A stretch of DNA of 64,000 nt from Candidatus Fermentibacterota bacterium (lineage in GTDB: Bacteria > Fermentibacterota > Fermentibacteria > Fermentibacterales > JCC-6). Each line of letters begins with the position of its first letter. Position 1 is the stretch's first letter. The notes under the pieces are model-generated. The model worked only from the letters and a program-made list of their open reading frames with translations. It searched no databases and was not told where the DNA came from. Shown here one piece after another: positions 25,619-35,234 of this stretch. Both the position numbers and the translations under genes were made by a program. The stretch is from contig CAWJQI010000005.1 in assembly GCA_963845085.1 (NCBI GenBank), positions 813,604 to 877,603 of the forward strand, given 5' to 3'.

Positions 25619-28603
25619 TTGCATGTGAACATCGACGAGCTCGAAAAACTTGCTGAGAGAAGGGGTTCGGATCCCGTCCCGCTGGATTCGCTCATGTCCC
25701 GAAGGGTTCGCAACATCCTTCTCATCTCCAGCCTGTACGATTCATTCACCATGCAGTCCGACGGGCGCTTCACCGAGGTGCTCTTCACAGAATACCTCAA
25801 GCTGAACCTCAGCTACGCCCCCTCCGTTGTGAGGGTGTCATCCCTCGAGGCTGCCACCGGCCTTCTCGCGGCAGGGCAGTTCGACCTTGTTATTTCGATG
25901 CTCAGGGTCGGGTCGATAACCGCCGACAGGATGGCAAAAAGCCTTAAATCGATGCATCCCGACCTGCCGTTCGTTGTGCTTGCCCACAACCAGAGGGATT
26001 TTGAGGAATTCCGCGATGCCGGTCTGCTTGCCGACGTGGATTACAGCTTCATCTGGCAGGGCGACGTCAGGCTGTTCCTCGCCGCGGTGAAACTTGTCGA
26101 GGACAGGCAGAATGCCCGGCGCGACGCTGATCTTGCAGGTGTGAAGTGCATCCTCCTTGTCGAGGATTCGCCCAGGTTCGCGTCGTCATACCTTCCAATG
26201 CTCTACAGTGAGATCATGAAGCAGACGCAGTCGCTCATGAGCGACGGGGTCAACCGAATGCAGAAGCTGCTCCGGATGAGGGCGAGACCCAAGATCCTCC
26301 TGGCGGATTGCTTCGAGAAAGCTGTGGAGCTGCTCGACGAATTCCAGGGCAACCTCCTGGGAGCGATCCTCGACTGCAGGTTCCCTCGGGATGGATACGA
26401 AAACAGGGAGGCTGGTTTCGCGCTGGCCGAACTGATGCGGAAACGCCTTCCGGACTGCCCCGTGCTCTTCCAGTCCTCCGAGCCGGAAAACCGTGAGAGA
26501 GCTGTCGCGCTCGGTGCTGCTTTCATCGACAAGGGTTCGCGTTCCCTGCTCACCGAGGTGGTCGGTTTTCTCCAGGAGTTCCTGGGTTTCGGAGACTTCC
26601 GGTTCAGGGCGCCTGACGGAGCTGTCGAAGCGGTTGCGGCAGACCTCCGCGGACTCGAGCGGGCTGTCAGGGAAGTGTCGGACGAAGCCCTGCTGCGCCA
26701 CGCCGAGCGGGATGATTTTTCGACGTGGCTGATGGCCAGAACCGAATTCGACCTTGCCCGGAGCCTCAGGCCGAGAAAAGTGAACGAGTTCTCCTCGCCC
26801 GGGGAATTGAGGAAATTCCTTGCACAGACCCTTCGTGACTGGAGGCTCGGCTTCCGGACCGGCGAGGTCGAGGAGTGGCACGGTGAAACCTTCAACGAGG
26901 ACACGGACTTCGTAAGAATCGGCGGCGGATCGCTGGGCGGCAAGGGCAGGGGGCTTGCATTCGTGCACTACCTGCTCGGCAGGTACCACATCGGAGACCG
27001 CTTCCGGGGATTGAGGGTCTTCGTGCCCCCAACCATCGTCATAGGAACGGATTGCTTTGACCGCTTCATCGCCGGCCTTCCCTCCGGAGGGATCGACCTC
27101 TACTCGGTTCCGCCGGAACACGACGCCGCGGGAAGGGATGCCGCGGTAAGGGAACTCTTTTTGCGGGCTGCTCTTCCCGAAGAGGTTTCCGAATCGCTCG
27201 GGCTCTTCCTCAGGCAGGTCGCCTACCCCCTGGCCGTCCGCTCCTCAAGCCTTCTCGAAGACTCGGCCAGTGAGCCGTTTGCCGGGGTCTACGACACTTT
27301 CATGCTGTCCAACTCCCACCCGGACCCCGATGTAAGGCTCCAGGAACTGTGCACCGCCGTGAAACTGGTCTATGCCTCCATGTTCAGATCGGATTCCCTC
27401 GGCTACATGGAGTTCACCCCGCACAGGCTCGAGGAGGAGAAAATGGCAGTGGTGATCCAGCAGGTTGTTGGAGCACCGCACGGGGGATTCATCTATCCCG
27501 ATGTGTCCGGGGTTGCCAAGTCCTGCAACTTCTACCCGGTGAAGGGCATGGAAGCCGGGGACGGCGTTGTGAGCGCTGCGCTGGGTTTCGGGAGGACAGT
27601 GGTCGACGGAGAAAAGTGCGTCCGCTTCAACCCCCGGAAGCCGAAGGTCCTCTACCAGTTCTCTTCCACCCGCGCCTTCCTGGAGAACTCGCAGAGGGAT
27701 TTCTACGCGCTTTCACTGCAAGGTCCCTCACCGCAGGCCGAGTTCGGCCTTGAGAAACTCCCGATTGAAACAGCAGGAGAGCACGGCGTGCTGTCTCCAC
27801 TCGCTTCGGTCTACTCCCCACAGAACGACATGATCTACGACGGCGTGTTCAACGATGGACCACGGCTGATCACAATGGCCGGGATCCTGAAACAGGACGG
27901 TTTTCCCTTCACCGAAGCGCTCGCCTATCTGCTGGAGGTAGGTAAAACAGCATTTTCCACCGACATCGAGTTCGAGTTTGCCTTGACTCTCAGGCAGGGC
28001 GGGCAGGGGCTCGAGGGGGAGATGGGGTTCCTTCAGATACGCCCGACCGGGTACGACCCCGGCGACGCTGCCCCGGTTCTGCTCGATGAGGAGAGGGCAT
28101 TCTGCGTGTGCGAGAGCGTTCTCGGGATCGGTGTCATCAGGGGTATCCACGACATCATACTCGTTCCCTCCGAGGGGTTCGACCGCAGCAACACCATGAA
28201 GGCCGCCCAGCACATCGAGCGGATCAACCGCAGGCTTCAGGCTGCGGGCAGGAAGAGCCTCCTGATAGGCCCCGGCCGCTGGGGCAGCGCCGACCACTGG
28301 CTCGGGATCCCGGTGGGCTGGAGGCAGATCTCCACCGCGAGGTGCATGGTGGAAGTTCCCTTCGGCGACCTTGATGTCACGCCATCACAGGGAACCCACT
28401 TCTTCCACAACATAACCTCACTGGGGATTGGCTACTTCACAATCACCCACTCGCCCCCCTCCCGTCTGGACGAGACCTGGCTGCTCGGTCTGCCGGCCGA
28501 GGAGGACACCGGTCTGGTCAGGCACATCAGGTTCAGCGAACCGCTTGTGGTGCGCATGGACGCCAGGGCCTCGAGGGGCGTGATCCTGAAACCGTACGAG
28601 TAG
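25619..28603 (+). CDS. receiver (REC)-domain protein fused to a PEP-utilising-enzyme ATP-binding domain (PPDK_N / PEP synthase N-terminal-like)
   Basis: CheY-like segments (KCILLVEDSPRF..., ...ILLAD...). The C-terminal half carries LAVRSSSLLEDSASEPFAGVYDTFM, which matches the AVRSSATAEDLP.ASFAGQ signature of PEP synthase/PPDK nucleotide-binding domains. 994 aa. Confidence 0.6.
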   Translation: MHVNIDELEKLAERRGSDPVPLDSLMSRRVRNILLISSLYDSFTMQSDGRFTEVLFTEYLKLNLSYAPSVVRVSSLEAATGLLAAGQFDLVISMLRVGSITADRMAKSLKSMHPDLPFVVLAHNQRDFEEFRDAGLLADVDYSFIWQGDVRLFLAAVKLVEDRQNARRDADLAGVKCILLVEDSPRFASSYLPMLYSEIMKQTQSLMSDGVNRMQKLLRMRARPKILLADCFEKAVELLDEFQGNLLGAILDCRFPRDGYENREAGFALAELMRKRLPDCPVLFQSSEPENRERAVALGAAFIDKGSRSLLTEVVGFLQEFLGFGDFRFRAPDGAVEAVAADLRGLERAVREVSDEALLRHAERDDFSTWLMARTEFDLARSLRPRKVNEFSSPGELRKFLAQTLRDWRLGFRTGEVEEWHGETFNEDTDFVRIGGGSLGGKGRGLAFVHYLLGRYHIGDRFRGLRVFVPPTIVIGTDCFDRFIAGLPSGGIDLYSVPPEHDAAGRDAAVRELFLRAALPEEVSESLGLFLRQVAYPLAVRSSSLLEDSASEPFAGVYDTFMLSNSHPDPDVRLQELCTAVKLVYASMFRSDSLGYMEFTPHRLEEEKMAVVIQQVVGAPHGGFIYPDVSGVAKSCNFYPVKGMEAGDGVVSAALGFGRTVVDGEKCVRFNPRKPKVLYQFSSTRAFLENSQRDFYALSLQGPSPQAEFGLEKLPIETAGEHGVLSPLASVYSPQNDMIYDGVFNDGPRLITMAGILKQDGFPFTEALAYLLEVGKTAFSTDIEFEFALTLRQGGQGLEGEMGFLQIRPTGYDPGDAAPVLLDEERAFCVCESVLGIGVIRGIHDIILVPSEGFDRSNTMKAAQHIERINRRLQAAGRKSLLIGPGRWGSADHWLGIPVGWRQISTARCMVEVPFGDLDVTPSQGTHFFHNITSLGIGYFTITHSPPSRLDETWLLGLPAEEDTGLVRHIRFSEPLVVRMDARASRGVILKPYE

Positions 28604-28641
28604 GATGTGCCCGGGGCGCCGCTTTTCCTGCAATCAACGGT

Positions 28642-30531
28642 TTACCGGTTGCCCACCAGCACGAAGCTTCCCCGAAGAACCTGGTCCCCCGCTGTCATGC
28701 GGACGAAGTAGGCGCCGGAGGGAAGGGAAGCAAGCTGAACCGAGTGTTCACCACCCGACACCTCTCTGTCCATCGGCAAGGAGACCAACCGGCCGCACAG
28801 GTTGAATACCTGAATCGCAACGGGACCCGGCTCCGCAAGATTGAACCGTATCTCCACAGGACCTGAACTTGGATTGGGGGTGACGGGGTGAAGACGAGTC
28901 ACTCCTTCAGCCCCCACCACTCCAAGCCACTCCCAGTAGAACAGCACCTGATAGAGAGTGGGGGTAACGAACCGGCCGGCCGGTTCCATGTGAACCCGGT
29001 ACTGGAGGTAACGGTGGGTGCTGTCAACAAACCCCGACAAGGCTGCCCGGCTCCTCAATGTAGCCCGACCACTCTCCCATGTCTTCGGGATCGTTGGAAC
29101 TCCGAACGCGGAACCTCAGGGAAGAACCGGCAGGAACGCTGTCCTGCCACTGAACTTCCTGCCAGTGGGGGTAATTGTTCACGTCCAGTATCGAGGAGGT
29201 CAGTGTTCCAGTGGAGGGGTAGCCAAGAGCGATACCAGGATATGTGGCTTCCCGAATCGAACGTGACCCCACCACATCCAGAGTATCGTCTCCATCAATG
29301 TCCCCGACTGAAAGCCCGTACGTACATTGGGACCATACTCAACGAAATGCCTTCTCCAGTTGCCGACCTGCGCCATCAATGTTTTCCCAGACAGCGAAAC
29401 ATTGGGTCATGGAACAGGCCCCGAGTATCGTCGGCATCTCCATCCAAGGTCCACATCGAACACCACTATCGAAGTTCCGGATACAATAGGATCAGTGAAG
29501 CTGCATGAATCAACCCATGAGTGACCGGTTCCGTCAGTGTTTTCGAACCAGGAAACCCACTCGGTCCAATCAGCGGCAATTACATCAAGATCTCCATCAT
29601 TGTCGACATCGGCCGCGCATGACTGCGTATGGCTCCCAAAGAGTGCTGTTGGCAGATGGAGTGCGTTCAGCCCAATTGTCTCCGGTTCCGTCCAAGGTTC
29701 TCCCAGAAAGAAATCTGTCTTGTACCCGGGTTGACTGTTGTTCGCAACATTGACCACATCCATCCAACCATCGCCGTTGATGTCTGCGGCACAAAGGTCC
29801 TGAGGGCTCTTGTAGCCGATGAAGTGCTCTGTCCATCCATCAAAGGGTTCCAACCGGACAGATTCAGGATTTTCATACCATACGAGATGCCCATCCGGTC
29901 CAGCTCTCTGAACAAGAATGTCCTGGTTCCCGTCTCCATCAATGTCCGTGGGTATGACTCGAATCGGAGCCGTGAGAAGATTGTCATCGATGATGCTCGT
30001 CTCCCAGTTCAACCCGCGTTCCGTCGGTATTGGTCCAGAGATAGATTTTTCTGTCGTAGTTAGTGGATCCCTCGCCTCCGACAACATCCAGGTCGCCATC
30101 GTTGTCAGCATCCACAGCGCAGACGGACCGAAGTATAAAAGTCTCCCCTGAATTGCTTATCGCATGACTTTCCCAGCCTCCGCCTGCACCATCATTCTCG
30201 AACCAGTAGACCTTATTGAAATTGTAACTGTAGCCGTTGGGTTCGCACAGACTATGTCGAGATGACCGTCACCGTTGATGTCAGCCACCACTCCCGGAGA
30301 TCGAGTACTCCACGTAGATCGGTGACCTGATGCTTATCGCCCCTCAGATTCAGGTACAGCTCTCCCGTCGTGCCCTCGTAGTCCATGTACTGGTGGAGGT
30401 CGAAGGAGTCGCTCCAATCGGTGACGGGACCGGTTACTCCAGGACCTGAAGACCAGTCGGTCTGAATGGACTCACCCGAGTAGAGAAACGCCGGCAACAG
30501 AAAGCAGGGCAGCAGGACAAGAGCCTTCACA
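28642..30531 (-). pseudogene. decayed gene for an FG-GAP-repeat secreted protein with T9SS C-terminal domain
   Basis: Four consecutive minus-strand ORF fragments in different frames (30252..30692, 29407..30111, 29024..29275, 28642..29058). Signal peptide at the 5' end (VKALVLLPCFLLPAFLYS), FG-GAP-like DIDGDGNQDILV / DVDNDGDLDVIAAD units, and a T9SS CTD at the 3' end (PNPSSGPVEIRFNL...VFNLCGRLV...GAYFVRM). At least three frameshifts. Confidence 0.6.
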
Positions 30532-31100
30532 ACGCCCCCCTCTCCAGCCGTATCCAGCCCAACCGTATGGACAGGGGACCGGGTACGACGCCCTGGCCCG
30601 GCGGATCCATCTGGAACCTTATCCCCACATCGTGAACTTCGCCGTTCCAGCCGGAGACTCCGCTCAGGTCCAAAGGTCCGAACTCTCTCCACATCTCACG
30701 GCCATTGCCAAGCCCACGACCAAAGCCGTTGCTCCCGTGAAGCTCAAGTATGTGCCCCGTTTCCGTGGAATCCTTCCAGAACAGGAACATGCCGCATCCG
30801 AAGCTGCTGCCGGTAATGTTGGGATTTAAACTGACCCCGGCCATGCCCAGCAATGAAGTTTATTAAGCTGATATAGCACCTGTCAATGGACCTCGATCTG
30901 CTTTTGAAAGCCACGGGAAGGTCGGGACGCTCAGATTGAGAGTCGTTCCTGTAAAGAAGAGCCCGAAACGTCCGGCAAAGTAATTCTGCCTTATCGCCCG
31001 TTTCAAGCAGGGGAATCTCCCAGCGCTGCAATCGTACTTCGGATATTCCTGCGATCAGTATTGCAGATGCAGGCTTTTTGCTCAACAGAATAGGTTCGAT

Positions 31101-31140
31101 GGAAAACACTTCCGGGGCGCCGCTTGACGCGACGCCCCGG
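31101..31140 (-). terminator. rho-independent terminator after the membrane-protein operon
   Basis: On the minus strand, just after the stop at 31151: CCGGGGCG-tcgcgtcaagcg-GCGCCCCGG, then GTGTTTTCC. Confidence 0.5.
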
Positions 31141-31150
31141 AACATGCTTC

Positions 31151-31795
31151 TCAGAGGTTGATCCCCATGGTGGGGAGCCAGTCGAAGAGAAGGAACTGGG
31201 CCTGGCCGATGAGCAGGCTGATTCGGGCCATCACCGTGTACCCGAAGCTTGCGCCGAAGGCAACCATCAGCACGGTGATGCCGACACCGGCAGCCCTGCC
31301 CGTGAGACCTTCATGGGGTTTTGAGAAGAAGAAATAAACAAGGCCGCACACAACTCCCACCACGACGATCAGGTTGTTGATGAAGCCCATCGTGCCAACG
31401 CCGGAGAGGGGCATTATCGTGCCCTCGATCTGGCTAAGGCAGTTCGTCTGAAGCGTGCTGACGAGGCTGAGCCCCGCGCCGGTTCCGACTATCATCGCGA
31501 GGGCGAGCCTGGACAGCCCCGCTATCTTGGGAACAAGCCTGGCCAGCATGAACAGGCCGAACACTCCGGGAATGATCATGAGGTAGTCGGGAGTGCCGTC
31601 GCCCGCGCCGGTGAGTTCATCGTAGAAGTTGGGCTTCAAAACGTTGAAGATGTTGTAGATGACCCAGTACCCGGCGCTCATGCCTACGAAAAGGTGCTCG
31701 GCGAACTTGTAGAACGGGTTGTCGCGGTACAGGAAACTGTAGAGCATCAGTGTGAGGACCGCGCCGAACCAGATTCCCATTATCTCCCAGTTCAT
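31151..31795 (-). CDS. integral membrane protein, unknown function
   Basis: 214 aa, ~6 predicted TM helices. Last gene of a 4-gene operon with overlapping stop/start codons. Confidence 0.5.
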   Translation of the reverse strand: MNWEIMGIWFGAVLTLMLYSFLYRDNPFYKFAEHLFVGMSAGYWVIYNIFNVLKPNFYDELTGAGDGTPDYLMIIPGVFGLFMLARLVPKIAGLSRLALAMIVGTGAGLSLVSTLQTNCLSQIEGTIMPLSGVGTMGFINNLIVVVGVVCGLVYFFFSKPHEGLTGRAAGVGITVLMVAFGASFGYTVMARISLLIGQAQFLLFDWLPTMGINL

Positions 31796-32652
31796 TTCGG
31801 GGCCCCCTTCCTGCGCTTGTGGAGCACGAGATACGAAATGTTGCCTATCACGATGAACGCCATGATGACAAGGTGGGAGATTGACTGCGCGGCCATGCCC
31901 GGTGTGGCGAGACCGGCCGGGGTTTCCCCCCTGCCTTCACGGATCATGGTCTCGTAGTCGGCGGCACCCTTGAGCCCGCCGAGAAGGCCAACCAGCTGCC
32001 CGGTTCCCAGGTATGTGTAGAACTCGGGCGCACTGACCGCCGTGCATCCTCCGCCGACCGGCAGGCCGAACCTGTCGCCGGCCATCATGACCCAGGCGTG
32101 TATACCGGGATCACCCGCGGAGAGGCATACGACGAGGTCGATGTCGCGAAGGCTCTGAACGCGTGTGAGAAGGGGAATCGAATCGTAGGGGACACCATCG
32201 CGATCCTGCGGGAACACCGCCCGGATGGAGCTGCCCATCCGCACGATGGAAACCCCGGCGCCAACGGTGTAGCCAAGGTTCACCCAGTCGTTGAACTGGG
32301 TTTTCCCCAGGCTGTCGCCCACCGCTGTCAGGGCCTCCTGGCTGAGGCTGGCGCCCTGCGGCCAGAGAGCCATGGCAATGATCCTGTGGCCGCGGGTGAA
32401 CATGTGCTGGGTGAGGGCGACCGCCATCGGCTGAAGCTCGGGCATGGTGGACGGGTCGTAGTCGTAGCTGACGAGGATAACCGCACCCGGTGGCAGGGAA
32501 TCTATCGCGTTGAACAGCTCACGGCTGGGCCCCTCCCCCACCGGAATGGGGTAGCTGAGCCTGAGAGCAAGAGGGATGAACACGGACAGGGCCATCAGCA
32601 GGTAAATGACCCTGCGGTCAACCCTGTCAAGCTTTTCAAGAAGCTTTTTCAT
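31792..32652 (-). CDS. membrane-anchored protein, unknown function
   Basis: ORF 31792..32781. Start moved to the ATG at 32652 (MKKLLEKLDRVDRRVIYLLMALSVFIPLAL), which overlaps the upstream stop (ATGA). N- and C-terminal TM helices flank a soluble domain. Confidence 0.5.
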   Translation of the reverse strand: MKKLLEKLDRVDRRVIYLLMALSVFIPLALRLSYPIPVGEGPSRELFNAIDSLPPGAVILVSYDYDPSTMPELQPMAVALTQHMFTRGHRIIAMALWPQGASLSQEALTAVGDSLGKTQFNDWVNLGYTVGAGVSIVRMGSSIRAVFPQDRDGVPYDSIPLLTRVQSLRDIDLVVCLSAGDPGIHAWVMMAGDRFGLPVGGGCTAVSAPEFYTYLGTGQLVGLLGGLKGAADYETMIREGRGETPAGLATPGMAAQSISHLVIMAFIVIGNISYLVLHKRRKGAPK

Positions 32653-33275
32653 CAGTCGGTACCTCCCAGGTAGCTGCGCTCGATGCCGAAGATCATCCTG
32701 AGGGAGGTGGCCACGACGCCAAGTGCGGCCCCGATCATGACCGCCCGCTGGCCCGCCATGTTGGGTACCTGCATCATCCACTCACTGATGGCGGGGATGT
32801 GCTTCCAGATCATCCCGCCGATGGGAACCCTGCCCAGCATGACGATGAAGGCGCTTGCAAGAAGAAGCGTCGCGCGCCAGTTGCTGGCCCTGAACGCCCT
32901 GAACGCAGCGCTCGCCACGAAAAAGGCAAGAAGGCTGAACATGGTGGCGCCCATGGGAACCACCATTGTCTGGAACATGTAATCGAACGGAAGGGTTTCC
33001 TCAACGCCCCACACCAGCCCTGCAACCATCATGGCCAGAAAGCCCGCAAGCACCACGGGGCTGTACTGCCAGTTCCTGGCCCTGGTGTTGATGCGGTGCA
33101 CATGGACCTGAACCAGGTTCACAGCACCAAGGAAAATGGCGGCTGAGGCCACAATCATGAACCAGTCCGTGAGCCCGTCGCCGATGGTGGAGATCGGTCT
33201 GTGAGGGATGAAGAAGTGCAGGATCATCACCATCCCGCAGATGAAGGTCACTATAAGCGGAAGAAACAATCTCAT
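32652..33275 (-). CDS. integral membrane protein, unknown function
   Basis: 207 aa, ~6 TM helices. Confidence 0.5.
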   Translation of the reverse strand: MRLFLPLIVTFICGMVMILHFFIPHRPISTIGDGLTDWFMIVASAAIFLGAVNLVQVHVHRINTRARNWQYSPVVLAGFLAMMVAGLVWGVEETLPFDYMFQTMVVPMGATMFSLLAFFVASAAFRAFRASNWRATLLLASAFIVMLGRVPIGGMIWKHIPAISEWMMQVPNMAGQRAVMIGAALGVVATSLRMIFGIERSYLGGTD

Positions 33276-33285
33276 TTCACCCCTC

Positions 33286-34431
33286 CTACTCTACATGGGT
33301 GAGGAAGCGCAGGAACTCGGCGACCCTGCCCGCCGGCTCCCACCAATGGCCCGCTGTGGCTCCGAGCACTCCGACAACTATCAGGATCATTATCACGAGT
33401 TTCGCCGCATCCTGCCCTTTGAGGCTCCCGAGAAGCTTCGGCTCCCGCGACAGGTATGCGCTTGCCGCATAGAGTTCCTCACCGATGAGGGTATAGTCGC
33501 AGGCGGCGATGAAGAACGGGATCTGGCTCACCATGGCGGTCCCGGCGATCTGGATCGCCCCCACGCTCTTCCCGGTCTCGGCAAGGATGAGGCTCTCCGC
33601 ATAGAACGTGCCGAGAAGGAAGATGGCCGCAGGTCTCTGACGGACCATCATGCCGTCGACACCGGCTGCGTAGCCGAACTGGTCGTCGGTCAGGTACGTG
33701 ATGTTGTCGCGGCGATATGCGTCGGGACGACCGGTCTGCAGGTAGGCCTCTTTCACGACCTCCTGCGATACGCTCATCACAACGCTTCGACATGTTGGAA
33801 CGAGCAGAGAGGAGCCGTATTCGGCGGCCTTCCGGGCCACACGGCCCAGAATTACCATGCTGGCAATGGTCTGGATGTCATCCATGTCCATGATGCCGGG
33901 CACGTACATGACCGGCCTGCCCATCTCCGTGGCGCGGCCCACTGCGTCCTCCACAGCGTTGAGCCCTGCGATGCGCCTGACGAACAGGTTCTTGCCCCGC
34001 TTGCCGGCCTCGATGTAGAGCAGGATGATGGTGCAGAGCAGCACCGTTATCACCAGCATTCCGATCCGCCCGGAGTGAAGCCATTTGACGGCGGGCATCG
34101 CGCTGACGACGGGACCCGGTTCGCCGGGAACTCCCTGCAGCCAGGGAACCAGCCTGTACGAGTATTCCGTTCCGTTCTCAAGTTCGCTGTCGGTGTATCT
34201 GCCGTCTATCGGGGCCACCGAACCCACGAACTCCCATTCGCCGCCGGGGGCCATCCGCTCCACGACGATGGAGTCGGGCACAACCAGATCAGGGCTCACC
34301 GTCCACTCAAGGCCGATCCTCCCCCCGTCGTCATCGGGGACATCGGAAGCTTCCGTGGTGGTGATGAACCCTCCTCCCGAAGCCGCAGCTGCCGTCAGCA
34401 TCAGGAGAAGCGCCGGAAGAAATGCTTTCAT
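33286..34431 (-). CDS. membrane protein with N-terminal signal peptide and FN3-like domain, unknown function
   Basis: MKAFLPALLLMLTAAAASG signal peptide, then a fibronectin-III-like segment (RIGLEWTVSP...GTEYSYRLVP), then TM segments. First gene of the operon. Confidence 0.5.
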   Translation of the reverse strand: MKAFLPALLLMLTAAAASGGGFITTTEASDVPDDDGGRIGLEWTVSPDLVVPDSIVVERMAPGGEWEFVGSVAPIDGRYTDSELENGTEYSYRLVPWLQGVPGEPGPVVSAMPAVKWLHSGRIGMLVITVLLCTIILLYIEAGKRGKNLFVRRIAGLNAVEDAVGRATEMGRPVMYVPGIMDMDDIQTIASMVILGRVARKAAEYGSSLLVPTCRSVVMSVSQEVVKEAYLQTGRPDAYRRDNITYLTDDQFGYAAGVDGMMVRQRPAAIFLLGTFYAESLILAETGKSVGAIQIAGTAMVSQIPFFIAACDYTLIGEELYAASAYLSREPKLLGSLKGQDAAKLVIMILIVVGVLGATAGHWWEPAGRVAEFLRFLTHVE

Positions 34432-34561
34432 TTTTCCTTGTGACCCCTTTCATGCCTGTGAACAATGCACGAAGATAGTGCGGCGCCCCCCGGGCGAAAA
34501 GCGGTTTCGTACGGGTGGAAAACCGGCGTGATTCCGGTGGTTCGATAAGAATACTTCATTA

Positions 34562-35233
34562 TTAACAAGGCACCCCTCTCCCCGCAAGAAATTCCGCCAT
34601 CTCCAGAGGTGAGCGGAAGACATGGTCGGGCCTGGCCAGAGAGATCTCCCGGGATGATCCATACCCCCACGCAGCTGCAGCGGAAGCTACTCCGCACTGT
34701 CTGGCCCCATCGATGTCGTGCACCCTGTCGCCCACCATAAGGGTGCGGGTCGGATCCAGCCCGAGCTCATCAAGAATGTGGCGGATCAGTTCTCCCTTGT
34801 TCGTGAGCCTCCCGTCAAGTTCGCTCCCGAAAACCCGGCTGAACATCCCCGACAGTTCGAAATGTTCGAGCACCCTTCCCGCGAACACCAGGGGCTTCGA
34901 CGTCGCCAGAACAAGATCAAGGCCGGAACCTGCCATGTGGAACAGCGCTTCGGGAATTCCCGGATACACTCGATTCTCATAGATGCCGACATCGGTGAAC
35001 CTGTCCCTGTAGAACTGCACCGCCTTCTGAAGCAGAGCCTCATCATCGCTCTGGAGAAGTGCGGCGAACGAATCCTTCAGCGGTGGTCCGATGCACCAGG
35101 TGAGGTCATCTCCCGGGGGGCTGACGGCGCCGAGAAGACCGAGCGCATGCCGGATGCAGCGGGTGATTCCCTCGCGGGGATCGGTCAGCGTGCCGTCGAG
35201 GTCGAGCAGTATCGTCTGGTAACGTATCGGCAT
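34562..35233 (-). CDS. HAD-family hydrolase (phosphoglycolate-phosphatase-like)
   Basis: ORF 34562..35317. Start moved to the ATG at 35233 (MPIRYQTILLDLDGTLTD = HAD motif I). Motif III-like VGDRVHDIDGA. Confidence 0.75.
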   Translation of the reverse strand: MPIRYQTILLDLDGTLTDPREGITRCIRHALGLLGAVSPPGDDLTWCIGPPLKDSFAALLQSDDEALLQKAVQFYRDRFTDVGIYENRVYPGIPEALFHMAGSGLDLVLATSKPLVFAGRVLEHFELSGMFSRVFGSELDGRLTNKGELIRHILDELGLDPTRTLMVGDRVHDIDGARQCGVASAAAAWGYGSSREISLARPDHVFRSPLEMAEFLAGRGVPC

Positions 35234-35234
35234 G

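Noticed and set aside
30527-31145. Minus-strand ORFs of 108 and 133 aa upstream of the decayed T9SS gene
   Set aside because: No motifs, overlapping frames, declining GC. Most likely further debris of the degraded region rather than genes.
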